From positions 48,670,001-48,734,000 of the forward strand of contig NC_043015.1 in the NCBI RefSeq assembly GCF_006345805.1: DNA of 64,000 bases, read 5' to 3'. The DNA comes from Octopus sinensis. Its lineage: Eukaryota. This document shows positions 38,706 through 51,925 of this stretch, piece by piece. The translations under genes and the position numbers were made by a program. Positions within the stretch are counted from its first letter, which is position 1. Every line of letters begins with the position of its first letter. A model generated the notes under the pieces. The model was not told the origin of the DNA, did not search any database, and was given only the letters and a program-made list of their open reading frames with translations.

Positions 38706-38740
38706 GTTTCCGACGAAGAGCTCCGCTCGAAACGTCAAAC
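38706..38740 (+). ncRNA. minimal type I hammerhead-like motif (copies at 43890-43924 and 52098-52132)
   Basis: gttt CCGACGA A GAGC tcc GCTC GAA ACGT C aaac: stem I 4 bp, stem II 4 bp, palindromic stem III, GUC triplet; U4C variant. Confidence 0.55.
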
Positions 38741-39356
38741 CCTCCTTCTTCCCTTCTTTCCTGAGCGTCCAATAATACTTTATTTGTTCCACGTCCCGCG
38801 TTGTTGTTTTTTTGTTTTTTTTTTTTTTTTGTTTTGTGTTTCTTGTTTGGATTAACTTTATATATATCTTATTATAAAAGGCAGATTTTATCTGCCTCCC
38901 TTTGTCAGTTATAGAAATCTACAATATAGGATTTCTTCAATTACAATTTACTTAGCATTTTTAAGAGTAGAATGCATCGGGTTTTGCCAGGTCCACTTTT
39001 TAAAATTAAACTCCAATTAAGCAAAATTTACAGAAAACTCACATTCTGGTGGGTATGTCAAATGCTTTTCTTAATGTGTTTTACACCACAACACACGCAC
39101 ACACACAGTGTGCAAGGAATAAATGAAAGCAATTCACCTTTTGTAGTGAGTGACTCTTTCAGTCTGCCACTTCCTCTTTACACACATAGACACGCAAATA
39201 TATAAATAAAATTGTAAGCTAACGTGCGTGTGTGTGAGTGGTGTGTGTGCGTGTGTGTGTGTGTGAGGGTGCCGTGTGTGTGTGTGTGTGTTGTGGTGTG
39301 CGTGTGCGTGAGTGTGTGACAGGAAAGTATTTTAGGACGAATATAAGACCTATATC

Positions 39357-39768
39357 GGCGATGTTTCGCTTGTCGTAGCACAGGTTTCCGTCGATTTCCG
39401 TAAAAAACTTATTTTTTACATAAGTAATGAGAGCGAAAGAGACTAAGAGAAAGCGATTGTATGACGAGGGAAGTTCTTTTGAAGTTACCGTGCATGGGAC
39501 GCATTGATGTACATGTGGTGTGTGTTTGATGGAGTGTGGGAGACAGACAGTATGTTGTGTAAGTGAAGTGCTTCTGTTAGTGTGTGTGAAGAGACAGAGT
39601 AATGTGTGAAGAAAGAGAGAGATAACTGAAATTTTTTACTCGGTTTATGTGTATATGTATGTGTGTTGTGTGGTGTGTGTATGTATGTATGTATGTATGG
39701 CCGATTCAGTGTTTACATTTTTTACGGAAATTGACGGAAACGTGTGCTACGACAAGCGAAACATCGCC
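39357..39768. mobile_element. Merlin-like MITE (copies 44534-44952, 47703-48117, 52751-53163)
   Basis: ~50-bp TIRs starting GGCGATG; perfect 8-bp TSD cctatatc. Confidence 0.7.
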
Positions 39769-39779
39769 CCTATATCCAA

Positions 39780-40254
39780 GTAGCAGAAAGATCGCCCAAA
39801 AGTGTATATAGATATCTAAATGTATTTATATATTCATCTATACACAGATGTATGTATAATGTGTGTGTATATATTTCCATACACGTAACCATTCACCGCA
39901 CAAAGTTTTTTAGGACGAAAATAAGATCTAAAGTTATCTCTAAGTAGCACAGAGATCGCCCAAAAGTGTATATAGATATATAAATGTATTTATATATTCA
40001 TCTATGCACACATGTATGTATAACGTGTGGTGTATATATTTCCATAGAGGTAACCATTCACTCCATACAAGTTTGTTAGCACGAAAATAAGATCTAAAGT
40101 TATCTCTAAGAAACAGAAAGATCGCCCAAAAGTGTATATAGATATTTAAATGTATTTATATATTCATCTATACACACATGTATGTATAATGTGCGTGTAT
40201 ATATATTCCATAGAGGTAACCATTCAATCCATACAAAGTTTTTTAGAACGAAAA
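39780..40254 (+). repeat. ~165-bp tandem repeat x3 (in every array unit)
   Basis: agatcgcccaaaagtgtatatagatat recurs at ~39788, 39953 and 40118. Confidence 0.85.
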
Positions 40255-41099
40255 TATTTTATATAAAAGAAAGGTTGTGTGTCTGTCTACTCTGATTTAG
40301 ATTCCTAACTACTCCCACATTTTGCGATGCAGTTTAACCAAAACCGGGTATCTTATAGTCGTGATTCATATCGAGCCCTTCTGGGTATTAGCGCGCGTCT
40401 ACGATGAGTCTATGATTTTACAAATAATTTACCATCATTTTTTCCATTTTAATGCATATTTAAAAAAATAAACGGAAGTAACTCTCAAACTTCACACCAA
40501 TATGCGTGCTCATATGCGACGTAATATCACATCAGCAGCATTTCCTCACACCCTCCTTGCACTTGGCGAAGGCAAAATACCAGGGGATGAAAATGGTAAT
40601 ATTGCCATCGATTCCATTTGTACCATTGTTAAGACGCCTTCTGATCTCAGAGATGCAGTGTTCCCAGATCTACAAGCTAATTATCAGAATATGGATTGGA
40701 TTGGCAAAAAGGCTATACTGGCCCCGAGGAATAAAACTGTTCACCATATTAATGATGAAATGCTAAAACTCATTCCTGGGGAAGTCTATGTATATCAGTC
40801 TATCGATACAACTGCTGACCCAGAGGACGTCATCAACTATCCAATAGAGGTACTCAATTCCTTTGAGCACCCCGGACTACCACCACACTTTCTCAAACTT
40901 AAAGTTGGTGCCCCTATAATGCTCATCAGAAATTTGGTTCCCCCAAAACAATGCAATGGCACACGTTTGATCGTTAAGTCCTTATCTTCCACCGTAAACT
41001 TATATGAATATTTGCCTGAATAATCATCATAATTCAGTGCAATCATTAACAGTACTTTCAAGCAATTCAGCCCCGAGCAACGCCGGGCAATTCTGCTAG
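40255..41099 (+). mobile_element. Helitron deletion derivative with Pif1-like helicase fragment, copy 1
   Basis: KLHTNMR..LALGEG..KAILAPRN..YPIEVLNS..GLPPHFLKLKVGAPIMLIRNL..CNGTRL (ORF 40502-41023); 3' hairpin plus CTAG|T; 5' end shared with the 11703 element. Confidence 0.9.
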
Positions 41100-41109
41100 T
41101 ATATATATA

Positions 41110-41243
41110 TAATAGTTATCGCCAAGCTAACATGTGCTGCTGATTAGCTCCAAGAGGTCGTCGCCTCTAGCAAGAGGTCATCACATCTAGCAGCATTCAT
41201 CCTATTTTTCTGGACTGCCATGTTAGTTTGGCGATAACTATTA
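41110..41243. mobile_element. small MITE-like inverted repeat element (in every unit)
   Basis: taatagttatcgccaagctaacatg / catgttagtttggcgataactatta. Confidence 0.6.
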
Positions 41244-41569
41244 ATATCCAGCTGCCGTAGTCTCCTTAGAGACTTTGAAATATTTTTAGAAAAAGATTGT
41301 CAAAAGTAAAATGTAAAAGCTTTGTAAAAGCTTTGTTGTGTAAATGACTGGTTGTGACAAAATATTACAATATATATATATATACATTCTTTGATAATAA
41401 TAAGAAAATGTTAAAAAACAGTTTACAAGGAAATATCTTGAGAAAATATTAAACAAAATTTCAAAAAAGAAATATATAATTGGATTTCGTTAAAAATCAT
41501 GTTTTGTTTGGAAGAATCTATATATATACACAGAAAGGTATTAGCTCAAAGACAGTCATATTTGGTAGT

Positions 41570-41985
41570 ATATATACTCTTTTACTTTTTTACTGGTTTC
41601 AATCATTTGACTGCGGCCATGCTGGAGCACTGCCTTTAATCGAGCAACTTGACCCCGGGACTTATTCTTTGTAAGCCCAGTACTTATTCTATCAGTCTCT
41701 TTTGCCGAACCGCTAAGTGACGGGGACATAAACACACCAGCATCGGTTGTCAAGCAATGCTAGGGGGACAAACATAGACACACAAACATACACGCACACA
41801 CATATATATACATATATACGACGGGCTTCTTTCAGATTCCGTCTATCAAATCCACTCACAAGGCTTTGGTTGGCCCAAGGCTATAGCAGAAGACACTTGC
41901 CCAAGGTGCCACGCAGTGGGACTGAATCCGAAACATGTGGTGGTAAACAAGCTACTTACCACACAGCCACTCCTGCACCTATGTG
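41570..41985 (-). mobile_element. SINE (family S1), one per array unit
   Basis: Matches S1; copies at ~46740-47150, 49900-50310 and 54940-55350. Confidence 0.75.
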
Positions 41986-42860
41986 TTCTGTTTTGTTTTT
42001 TTTTTCTGCCTAAAGCCAAAAAATAAACAATAACCCTGAGCACCTTTTCAAACTCCACCTGTCTAACACCCGTGAACATGTTTAAAGTCAGAAAACAGCA
42101 CAGCTCTCATGACTTTCAGAAACATTTTTTCATGCGCCTATACACAGAAGGAGATACATTAGGAGTTTATAAAGAATTTGAGATGACCTGACCTGTTTTA
42201 ACATTTTTTCTTTTTCTGTGAAGCTAAAAGCCGTTTACTATTTTAAGGGACAGTGTGGGAGGTTGGTTGGGTGGGGGGAAGGAAGAGTAATGTATATATG
42301 TATAATATCTTGTTACAACCTGTACGTAACACAACAAAGCTTATACAAAGTTTTACATTTCACTTTTGACAATATTCTTCTAAAAAAGTAAAACAGTGAA
42401 TAAAAATCTTTTCAAATTGCATTTTCAAACCTTCTTTCATATATATATTTCCACTCGTGTGCTACTGGTAACATGTAACCCAATACAATCTGTTGCATGG
42501 TTGGGCCGTTGGCGACTAAACCAGCAACCCCACCAACTTGGTGAGGAAGGTGTTATTGGACAGCCTGCAGGATGAAAAACAAAACCCGTCAAAGGTCAGA
42601 GGAACTCTTGAGAGTCAACGACCATCCAATAAATGTGTAATTATATATCACCTCATCGTGGTAAGCGGGTGAGATGGGAGTGTCAGAGCTATGCCGTCGG
42701 AGACTTCGGTTTCTGGTAGGGCCACCCAAGGCGGATTGTTCTGACACCCAGCGGTATCAGGGCCGCACCGGCTAACGGGGCTCTGGTGAACAGAAGTGTC
42801 TGATCTGGCAACCGGAGGCTTCAACCCGTCCTGTCCCTGCGTCTGTGGAAAATCTACGGC

Positions 42861-43084
42861 GAGCTGGCAGAAATGTTAGCACGCCGGGCGAAATGCTTAG
42901 CGGTATTTCGTCTGCGTTACATTGTGAGTTCAAATTCCGCTGAGGTCGACTTTGCCTTTCATCCTTTCGGGGTCGATAAATTAAGTACCAGTTACGAACT
43001 GGGGTCGATGTAATCGACTTAATACCTATGTCTGTCCTTGTTTATCCCCTCTATGTTTAGCCCCTTGTGGGTAATAAAGAAATA
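42861..43084 (+). mobile_element. SINE (family S2) with 14-bp direct repeats
   Basis: ggaaaatctacggc at 42847-42860 and 43085-43098. Confidence 0.8.
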
Positions 43085-43139
43085 GGAAAATCTACGGCAA
43101 ACTAGGCCCATGAGCCAACATAGGCTTTAAAAAGGGCGC

Positions 43140-43189
<50 letters not shown>

Positions 43190-43194
<5 letters not shown>

Positions 43195-43398
43195 ATACAA
43201 TATGTTACATTACTCGGTAGTCAAGAAAAACTCTGAGTTTCAGATGCCGAAGTGGAAATCCACAACACCATCTCTTCGGTTATCTGGTTATCTAAATAGC
43301 CAGATAACCGAAGAGATGGTGTTGTGGATTTCCACTTCGGCATCTGAAACACAGAGTTTTATCTTGACTACCGAGTAATGTAACATATTGTATAGATA
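43190..43398. repeat. near-perfect hairpin, ~101-bp arms, 6-nt loop (copies ~51566-51757, 56571-56780)
   Basis: Arms 43190-43290 and 43297-43398; loop tctaaa. Confidence 0.92.
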
Positions 43399-43620
43399 AA
43401 TTTCCTCTATTTACATAATATTGAGGTCTCTTTCTTTCTTTTGTTATCTTACCGTTTTATCAATATATATAAACATTTTATTGTTATCTTTCATATATAT
43501 CATTTCATGTGAAACAACCTAATATATATATATCTCCCTGCTTCCATCTCCTGAGCGCCTATTAATAATAATACTGTAATTGTTCCTGTCGTTGTTGTTT
43601 TTTTGTTTCCCTTTTGGATT

Positions 43621-43676
<56 letters not shown>

Positions 43677-43689
43677 ATATATATATATC

Positions 43690-43750
<61 letters not shown>

Positions 43751-44841
43751 TTATATTGATAAAAATGGTAAGACAACAAAAGAAAGAAAGAGACCTCGAT
43801 ATTATGTAAAATTTACATTTACAGATATATATATATATGACGATTTTTTTCCCTCTGTCTTCCCTTCTCGGGATCTTTCCTTCTCCTATGTTTCCGACGA
43901 AGAGCTCCGCTCGAAACGTCAAACCCTCCTTCTTCCCTTCTTTCCTGAGCGTCCAATAATACTTTATTTGTTCCACGTCCTCGCGTTGTTGTTTTTTTGT
44001 TTTTTTTTGTGTTTTCTTGTTTGGATTAACTTTATATATATCTCTTATTATAAAAGGCAGATTTTATCTGCCTCCCTTTGTCAGTTATAGAAATCTACAA
44101 TATAGGATTTCTTCAATTACAATTTACTTAGCATTTTTAAGAGTAGAATGCATCGGGTTTTGCCAGGTCCACTTTTTAAAATTTAAACTCCAATTAAGCA
44201 AAATTTACAGAAAACTCACATTCTGGTGTGTATGTCAAATGCTTTTCTTAATGTGTTTTACACCACACGCACACGCACACACACAGTGTGCAAGGAATAA
44301 AATGAAAGTAATTCACCTTTTGTAGTGAGTGACTCTTTCAGTCTGCCACTTCCTCTTTACACACATAGACACGCAAATATATAAATAAAATTGTAAGCTA
44401 ACGTGCGTGTGTGTGAGTGTGTGTGTGCGTGTGTGTGTGTGTGTGAGGGTGCGTGTGTGTGTGTGTGTGTGTGTGTGCGTGTGCGTGAGTGTGTGACAGG
44501 AAAGTATTTTAGGACGAATATAAGACCTATATCGGCGATGTTTCGCTTGTCGTAGCACAGGTTTCCGTCGATTTCCGTAAAAAACTTATTTTTTTACATA
44601 AGTAATGAGAGCGAAAGAGACTAAGAGAAAGCGATTGTATGACGAGGGAAGTTCTTTTGAAGTTACCGTGCATGGGACGCATTGATGTACATGTGTGTGT
44701 GTGTTTGATGGAGTGTGGGAGACAGACAGTATGTTGTGTAAGTGAAGTGCTTCTGTTAGTGTGTGTGAAGAGACAGAGTAATGTGTGAAAGAGAGAGATA
44801 ACTGAAATTTTTTACTCGGTTTATGTGTATATGTATGTATG

Positions 44842-44880
<39 letters not shown>

Positions 44881-45439
44881 ATGGCCGATTCAGTGTTTAC
44901 ATTTTTTACGGAAATTGACGGAAACGTGTGCTACGACAAGCGAAACATCGCCCCTATATCCAAGTAGCAGAAAGATCGCCCAAAAGTGTATATAGATATC
45001 TAAATGTATTTATATATTCATCTATACACAGATGTATGTATAATGTGTGTGTATATATTTCCATACACGTAACCATTCACTCCGCACAAAGTTTTTTAGG
45101 ACGAAAATAAGATCTAAAGTTATCTCTAAGTAGCACAGAGATCGCCCAAAAGTGTATATAGATATATAAATGTATTTATATATTCATCTATGCACACATG
45201 TATGTATAACGTGTGTGTATATATTTCCATAGAGGTAACCATTCACTCCATACAAAGTTTTTTAGCACGAAAATAAGATCTAAAGTTATCTCTAAGAAAC
45301 AGAAAGATCGCCCAAAAGTGTATATAGATATTTAAATGTATTTATATATTCATCTATACACACATGTATGTATAATGTGCGTGTATATATTTCCATAGAG
45401 GTAACCATTCAATCCATACAAAGTTTTTTAGGACGAAAA

Positions 45440-46286
45440 TATTTATATATAAAAGAAAGGTTGTGTGTCTGTCTACTCTGATTTAGATTCCTAACTACTC
45501 CCACATTTTGCGATGCAGTTTAACCAAAACCGGGTATCTTATAGTCGTGATTCATATCGAGCCCTTCTGGGTATTAGCGCGCGTCTACGATGAGTCTATG
45601 ATTTTACAAATAATTTACCATCATTTTTTTCCATTTTAATGCATATTTTAAAAAATAAACGGAAGTAACTCTCAAACTTCACACCAATATGCGTGCTCAT
45701 ATGCGACGTAATATCACATCAGCAGCATTTCCTCACACCCTCCTTGCACTTGGCGAAGGCAAAATACCAGGGGATGAAAATGGTAATATTGCCATCGATT
45801 CCATTTGTACCATTGTTAAGACGCCTTCTGATCTCAGAGATGCAGTGTTCCCAGATCTACAAGCTAATTATCAGAATATGGATTGGATTGGCAAAAAGGC
45901 TATACTGGCCCCGAGGAATAAAACTGTTCACCATATTAATGATGAAATGCTAAAACTCATTCCTGGGGAAGTCTATGTATATCAGTCTATCGATACAACT
46001 CCTGACCCAGAGGACGTCATCAACTATCCAATAGAGGTACTCAATTCCTTTGAGCACCCCGGACTACCACCACACTTTCTCAAACTTAAAGTTGGTGCCC
46101 CTATAATGCTCATCAGAAATTTGGTTCCCCCAAAACAATGCAATGGCACACGTTTGATCGTTAAGTCCTTATCTCCCACCGTAAGCTTATATCAATATTT
46201 GCCTGAATAATCATCATAATTCAGTGCAATCATTAACAGTACTTTCAAGCAATTCAGCTCCGAGCAACGCCGGGCAATTCTGCTAG
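45440..46286 (+). mobile_element. Helitron derivative, copy 2
   Basis: 173-aa helicase fragment ORF 45689-46210; hairpin plus CTAG. Confidence 0.9.
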
Positions 46287-47613
46287 TATATATATATAAT
46301 AGTTATCGCCAAGCTAACATGTGCTGCTGATTAGCTCCAAGAGGTCATCACCTCTAGCAGCATTCATCCTATTTTTCTGGACTGCCATGTTAGTTTGGCG
46401 ATAACTATTAATATCCAGCTGCCGTAGTCTCCTTAGAGACTTTGAAATATTTTTAGAAAAAGATTGTCAAAAGTAAAATGTAAAAGCTTTGTAAAAGCTT
46501 TGTTGTGTAAATGACTGGTTGTGACAAAATATTACAATATATATATATATACATTCTTTGATAATAATAAGAAAATGTTAAAAAACAGTTTACAAGGAAA
46601 TATCTTGAGAAAATATTAAACAAAAATTTCAAAAAAGAAATATATAATTGGATTTCGTTAAAAATCATGTTTTGTTTGGAAGAATCTATATATATACACA
46701 GAAAGGTATTAGCTCAAAGACAGTCATATTTGTTAGTATATATACTCTTTTACTCTTTTACTGGTTTCAATCATTTGACTGCGGCCATGCTGGAGCACTG
46801 CCTTTAATCGAGCAACTTGACCCCGGGACTTATTCTTTGTAAGCCCAGTACTTATTCTATCAGTCTCTTTTGCCGAACCGCTAAGTGACGGGGACATAAA
46901 CACACCAGCATCGGTTGTCAAGCAATGCTAGGGGGACAAACATAGACACACAAACATACACGCACACACATATATATACATATATACGACGGGCTTCTTT
47001 CAGATTCCGTCTATCAAATCCACTCACAAGGCTTTGGTTGGCCCAAGGCTATAGCAGAAGACACTTGCCCAAGGTGCCACGCAGTGGGACTGAATCCGAA
47101 ACATGTGGTTGGTAAACAAGCTACTTACCACACAGCCACTCCTGCACCTATGTATTTCTGTTTTGTTTTTTTTTTGTGTTTTCTTGTTTGGATTAACTTT
47201 ATATATATCTCTTATTATAAAAGGCAGATTTTATCTGCCTCCCTTTGTCAGTTATAGAAATCTACAATATAGGATTTCTTCAATTACAATTTACTTAGCA
47301 TTTTTAAGAGTAGAATGCATCGGGTTTTGCCAGGTCCACTTTTTAAAATTTAAACTCCAATTAAGCAAAATTTACAGAAAACTCACATTCTGGTGTGTAT
47401 GTCAAATGCTTTTCTTAATGTGTTTTACACCACACGCACACGCACACACACAGTGTGCAAGGAATAAAATGAAAGTAATTCACCTTTTGTAGTGAGTGAC
47501 TCTTTCAGTCTGCCACTTCCTCTTTACACACATAGACACGCAAATATATAAATAAAATTGTAAGCTAACGTGCGTGTGTGTGAGTGTGTGTGTGCGTGTG
47601 TGTGTGTGTGAGG

Positions 47614-47651
<38 letters not shown>

Positions 47652-48016
47652 GCGTGAGTGTGTGACAGGAAAGTATTTTAGGACGAATATAAGACCTATA
47701 TCGGCGATGTTTCGCTTGTCGTAGCACAGGTTTCCGTCGATTTCCGTAAAAAACTTATTTTTTTACATAAGTAATGAGAGCGAAAGAGACTAAGAGAAAG
47801 CGATTGTATGACGAGGGAAGTTCTTTTGAAGTTACCGTGCATGGGACGCATTGATGTACATGTGTGTGTGTGTTTGATGGAGTGTGGGAGACAGACAGTA
47901 TGTTGTGTAAGTGAAGTGCTTCTGTTAGTGTGTGTGAAGAGACAGAGTAATGTGTGAAAGAGAGAGATAACTGAAATTTTTTACTCGGTTTATGTGTATA
48001 TGTATGTATGCATGTA

Positions 48017-48048
<32 letters not shown>

Positions 48049-48602
48049 GCCGATTCAGTGTTTACATTTTTTACGGAAATTGACGGAAACGTGTGCTACG
48101 ACAAGCGAAACATCGCCCCTATATCCAAGTAGCAGAAAGATCGCCCAAAAGTGTATATAGATATCTAAATGTATTTATATATTCATCTATACACAGATGT
48201 ATGTATAATGTGTGTGTATATATTTCCATACACGTAACCATTCACTCCACAAAGATTTTTAGCACGAAAATAAGATCTAAAGTTATCTCTAAGTAGCACA
48301 GAGATCGCCCAAAAGTGTATATAGATATATAAATGTATTTATATATTCATCTATGCACACATGTATGTATAACGTGTGTGTATATATTTCCATAGAGGTA
48401 ACCATTCACTCCATACAAAGTTTTTTAGCACGAAAATAAGATCTAAAGTTAACTCTAAGAAACAGAAAGATCGCCCAAAAGTGTATATAGATATTTAAAT
48501 GTATTTATATATTCATCTATACACACATGTATGTATAATGTGCGTGTATATATTTCCATAGAGGTAACCATTCAATCCATACAAAGTTTTTTAGGACGAA
48601 AA

Positions 48603-49448
48603 TATTTATATATAAAAGAAAGGTTGTGTGTCTGTCTACTCTGATTTAGATTCCTAACTACTCCCACATTTTGCGATGCAGTTTAACCAAAACCGGGTAT
48701 CTTATAGTCGTGATTCATATCGAGCCCTTCTGGGTATTAGCGCGCGTCTACGATGAGTCTATGATTTTACAAATAATTTACCATCATTTTTTTCCATTTT
48801 AATGCATATTTTAAAAAATAAACGGAAGTAACTCTCAAACTTCACACCAATATGCGTGCTCATATGCGACGTAATATCACATCAGCAGCATTTCCTCACA
48901 CCCTCCTTGCACTTGGCGAAGGCAAAATACCAGGGGATGAAAATGGTAATATTGCCATCGATTCCATTTGTACCATTGTTAAGACGCCTTCTGATCTCAG
49001 AGATGCAGTGTTCCCAGATCTACAAGCTAATTATCAGAATATGGATTGGATTGGCAAAAAGGCTATACTGGCCCCGAGGAATAAAACTGTTCACCATATT
49101 AATGATGAAATGCTAAAACTCATTCCTGGGGAAGTCTATGTATATCAGTCTATCGATACAACTCCTGACCCAGAGGACGTCATCAACTATCCAATAGAGG
49201 TACTCAATTCCTTTGAGCACCCCGGACTACCACCACACTTTCTCAAACTTAAAGTTGGTGCCCCTATAATGCTCATCAGAAATTTGGTTCCCCCAAAACA
49301 ATGCAATGGCACACGTTTGATCGTTAAGTCCTTATCTCCCACCGTAAGCTTATATCAATATTTGCCTGAATAATCATCATAATTCAGTGCAATCATTAAC
49401 AGTACTTTCAAGCAATTCAGCCCGAGCAACGCCGGGCAATTCTGCTAG
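48603..49448 (+). mobile_element. Helitron derivative, copy 3
   Basis: ORF 48852-49373, same protein as copy 2; hairpin plus CTAG. Confidence 0.9.
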
Positions 49449-51480
49449 TATATATATATAATAGTTATCGCCAAGCTAACATGTGCTGCTGATTAGCTCC
49501 AAGAGGTCATCACCTCTAGCAGCATTCATCCTATTTTTCTGGACTGCCATGTTAGTTTGGCGATAACTATTAATATCCAGCTGCCGTAGTCTCCTTAGAG
49601 ACTTTGAAATATTTTTAGAAAAAGATTGTCAAAAGTAAAATGTAAAAGCTTTGTAAAAGCTTTGTTGTGTAAATGACTGGTTGTGACAAAATATTACAAT
49701 ATATATATATATACATTCTTTGATAATAATAAGAAAATGTTAAAAAACAGTTTACAAGGAAATATCTTGAGAAAATATTAAACAAAAATTTCAAAAAAGA
49801 AATATATAATTGGATTTCGTTAAAAATCATGTTTTGTTTGGAAGAATCTATATATATACACAGAAAGGTATTAGCTCAAAGACAGTCATATTTGTTAGTA
49901 TATATACTCTTTTACTCTTTTACTGGTTTCAATCATTTGACTGCGGCCATGCTGGAGCACTGCCTTTAATCGAGCAACTTGACCCCGGGACTTATTCTTT
50001 GTAAGCCCAGTACTTATTCTATCAGTCTCTTTTGCCGAACCGCTATGTGACGGGGACATAAACACACCAGCATCGGTTGTCAAGCAATGCTAGGGGGACA
50101 AACATAGACACACAAACATACACGCACACACATATATATACATATATACGACGGGCTTCTTTCAGATTCCGTCTATCAAATCCACTCACAAGGCTTTGGT
50201 TGGCCCAAGGCTATAGCAGAAGACACTTGCCCAAGGTGCCACGCAGTGGGACTGAATCCGAAACATGTGGTTGGTAAACAAGCTACTTACCACACAGCCA
50301 CTCCTGCCCTGCACCTATGTATTTCTGTTTTTTTTTTTTTTCTGCCTAAAGCCAAAAAATAAACAATAACTCTGAGCACCTTTTCAAACTCCACCTGTCT
50401 AACACCCGTGAACATGTTTACAAAGTCAGAAAACAGCACAGCTCTCATGACTTTCAGAAACATTTTTTCATGCGCCTATACACAGAAGGAGATACATTTA
50501 GGAGTTTATAAAGAATTTGAGATGACCTGACCTGTTTTAACATTTTTTTCTTTTTCTGTGAAGCTAAAAGCCGTTTACTATTTTAAGGGACAGTGTGGGA
50601 GGTTGGTTGGGTGGGGGGAAGGAAGAGTAATGTATATATGTATAATATCTTGTTACAACCTGTACGTAACACAACAAAGCTTATACAAAGTTTTACATTT
50701 CACTTTTGACAATATTCTTCTAAAAAAGTAAAACAGTGAATAAAAATCTTTTCAAATTGCATTTTCAAACCTTCTTTCATATATATATTTCCACTCGTGT
50801 GCTACTGGTAACATGTAACCCAATACAATCTGTTGCATGGTTGGGCCGTTGGCGACTAAACCAGCAACCCCACCAACTTGGTGAGGAAGGTGTTATTGGA
50901 CAGCCTGCAGGATGAAAAACAAAACCCGTCAAAGGTCAGAGGAACTCTTGAGAGTCAACGACCATCCAATAAATGTGTAATTATATATCACCTCATCGTG
51001 GTAAGCGGGTGAGATGGGAGTGTCAGAGCTATGCCGTCGGAGACTTCGGTTTCTGGTAGGGCCACCCAAGGCGGATTGTTCTGACACCCAGCGGTATCAG
51101 GGCCGCACCCGGCTAACGGGGCTCTGGTGAACAGAAGCGTCTGATCTGGCAACCGGAGGCTTCAACCCGTCCTGTCCCTGCGTCTGTGGAAAATCTACGG
51201 CGAGCTGGCAGAAATGTTAGCACGCCGGGCGAAATGCTTAGCGGTATTTCGTCTGCGTTACATTGTGAGTTCAAATTCCGCTGAGGTCGACTTTGCCTTT
51301 CATCCTTTCGGGGTCGATAAATTAAGTACCAGTTACGAACTGGGGTCGATGTAATCGACTTAATACCTATGTCTGTCCTTGTTTATCCCCCCTATGTTTA
51401 GCCCCTTGTGGGTAATAAAGAAATAGGAAAATCTACGGCAAACTAGGCCCATGAGCCAACATAGGCTTTAAAAAGGGCGC

Positions 51481-51569
<89 letters not shown>

Positions 51570-51886
51570 TGTTACATTACTCGGTAGTCAAGATAAAACT
51601 CTGAGTTTCAGATGCCGAAGTGGAAATCCACAACACCATCTCTTCGGTTATCTGGTTATCTAAATAGCCAGATAACCGAAGAGATGGTGTTGTGGATTTC
51701 CACTTCGGCATCTGAAACACAGAGTTTTATCTTGACTACCGAGTAATGTAACATATTGTATAGATAAATTTCCTCTATTTACATAATATTGAGGTCACTT
51801 TCTTTCTTTTGTTATCTTACCGTTTTATCAATATATATAAACATTTTATTGTTATCTTTCATATATATCATTTCATGTGAAATAAC

Positions 51887-51925
<39 letters not shown>

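Noticed and set aside
40502-41023. Host PIF1 helicase gene cluster
   Set aside because: It is a partial domain only, bounded by Helitron termini and identical in tandem copies. It is transposon-derived.
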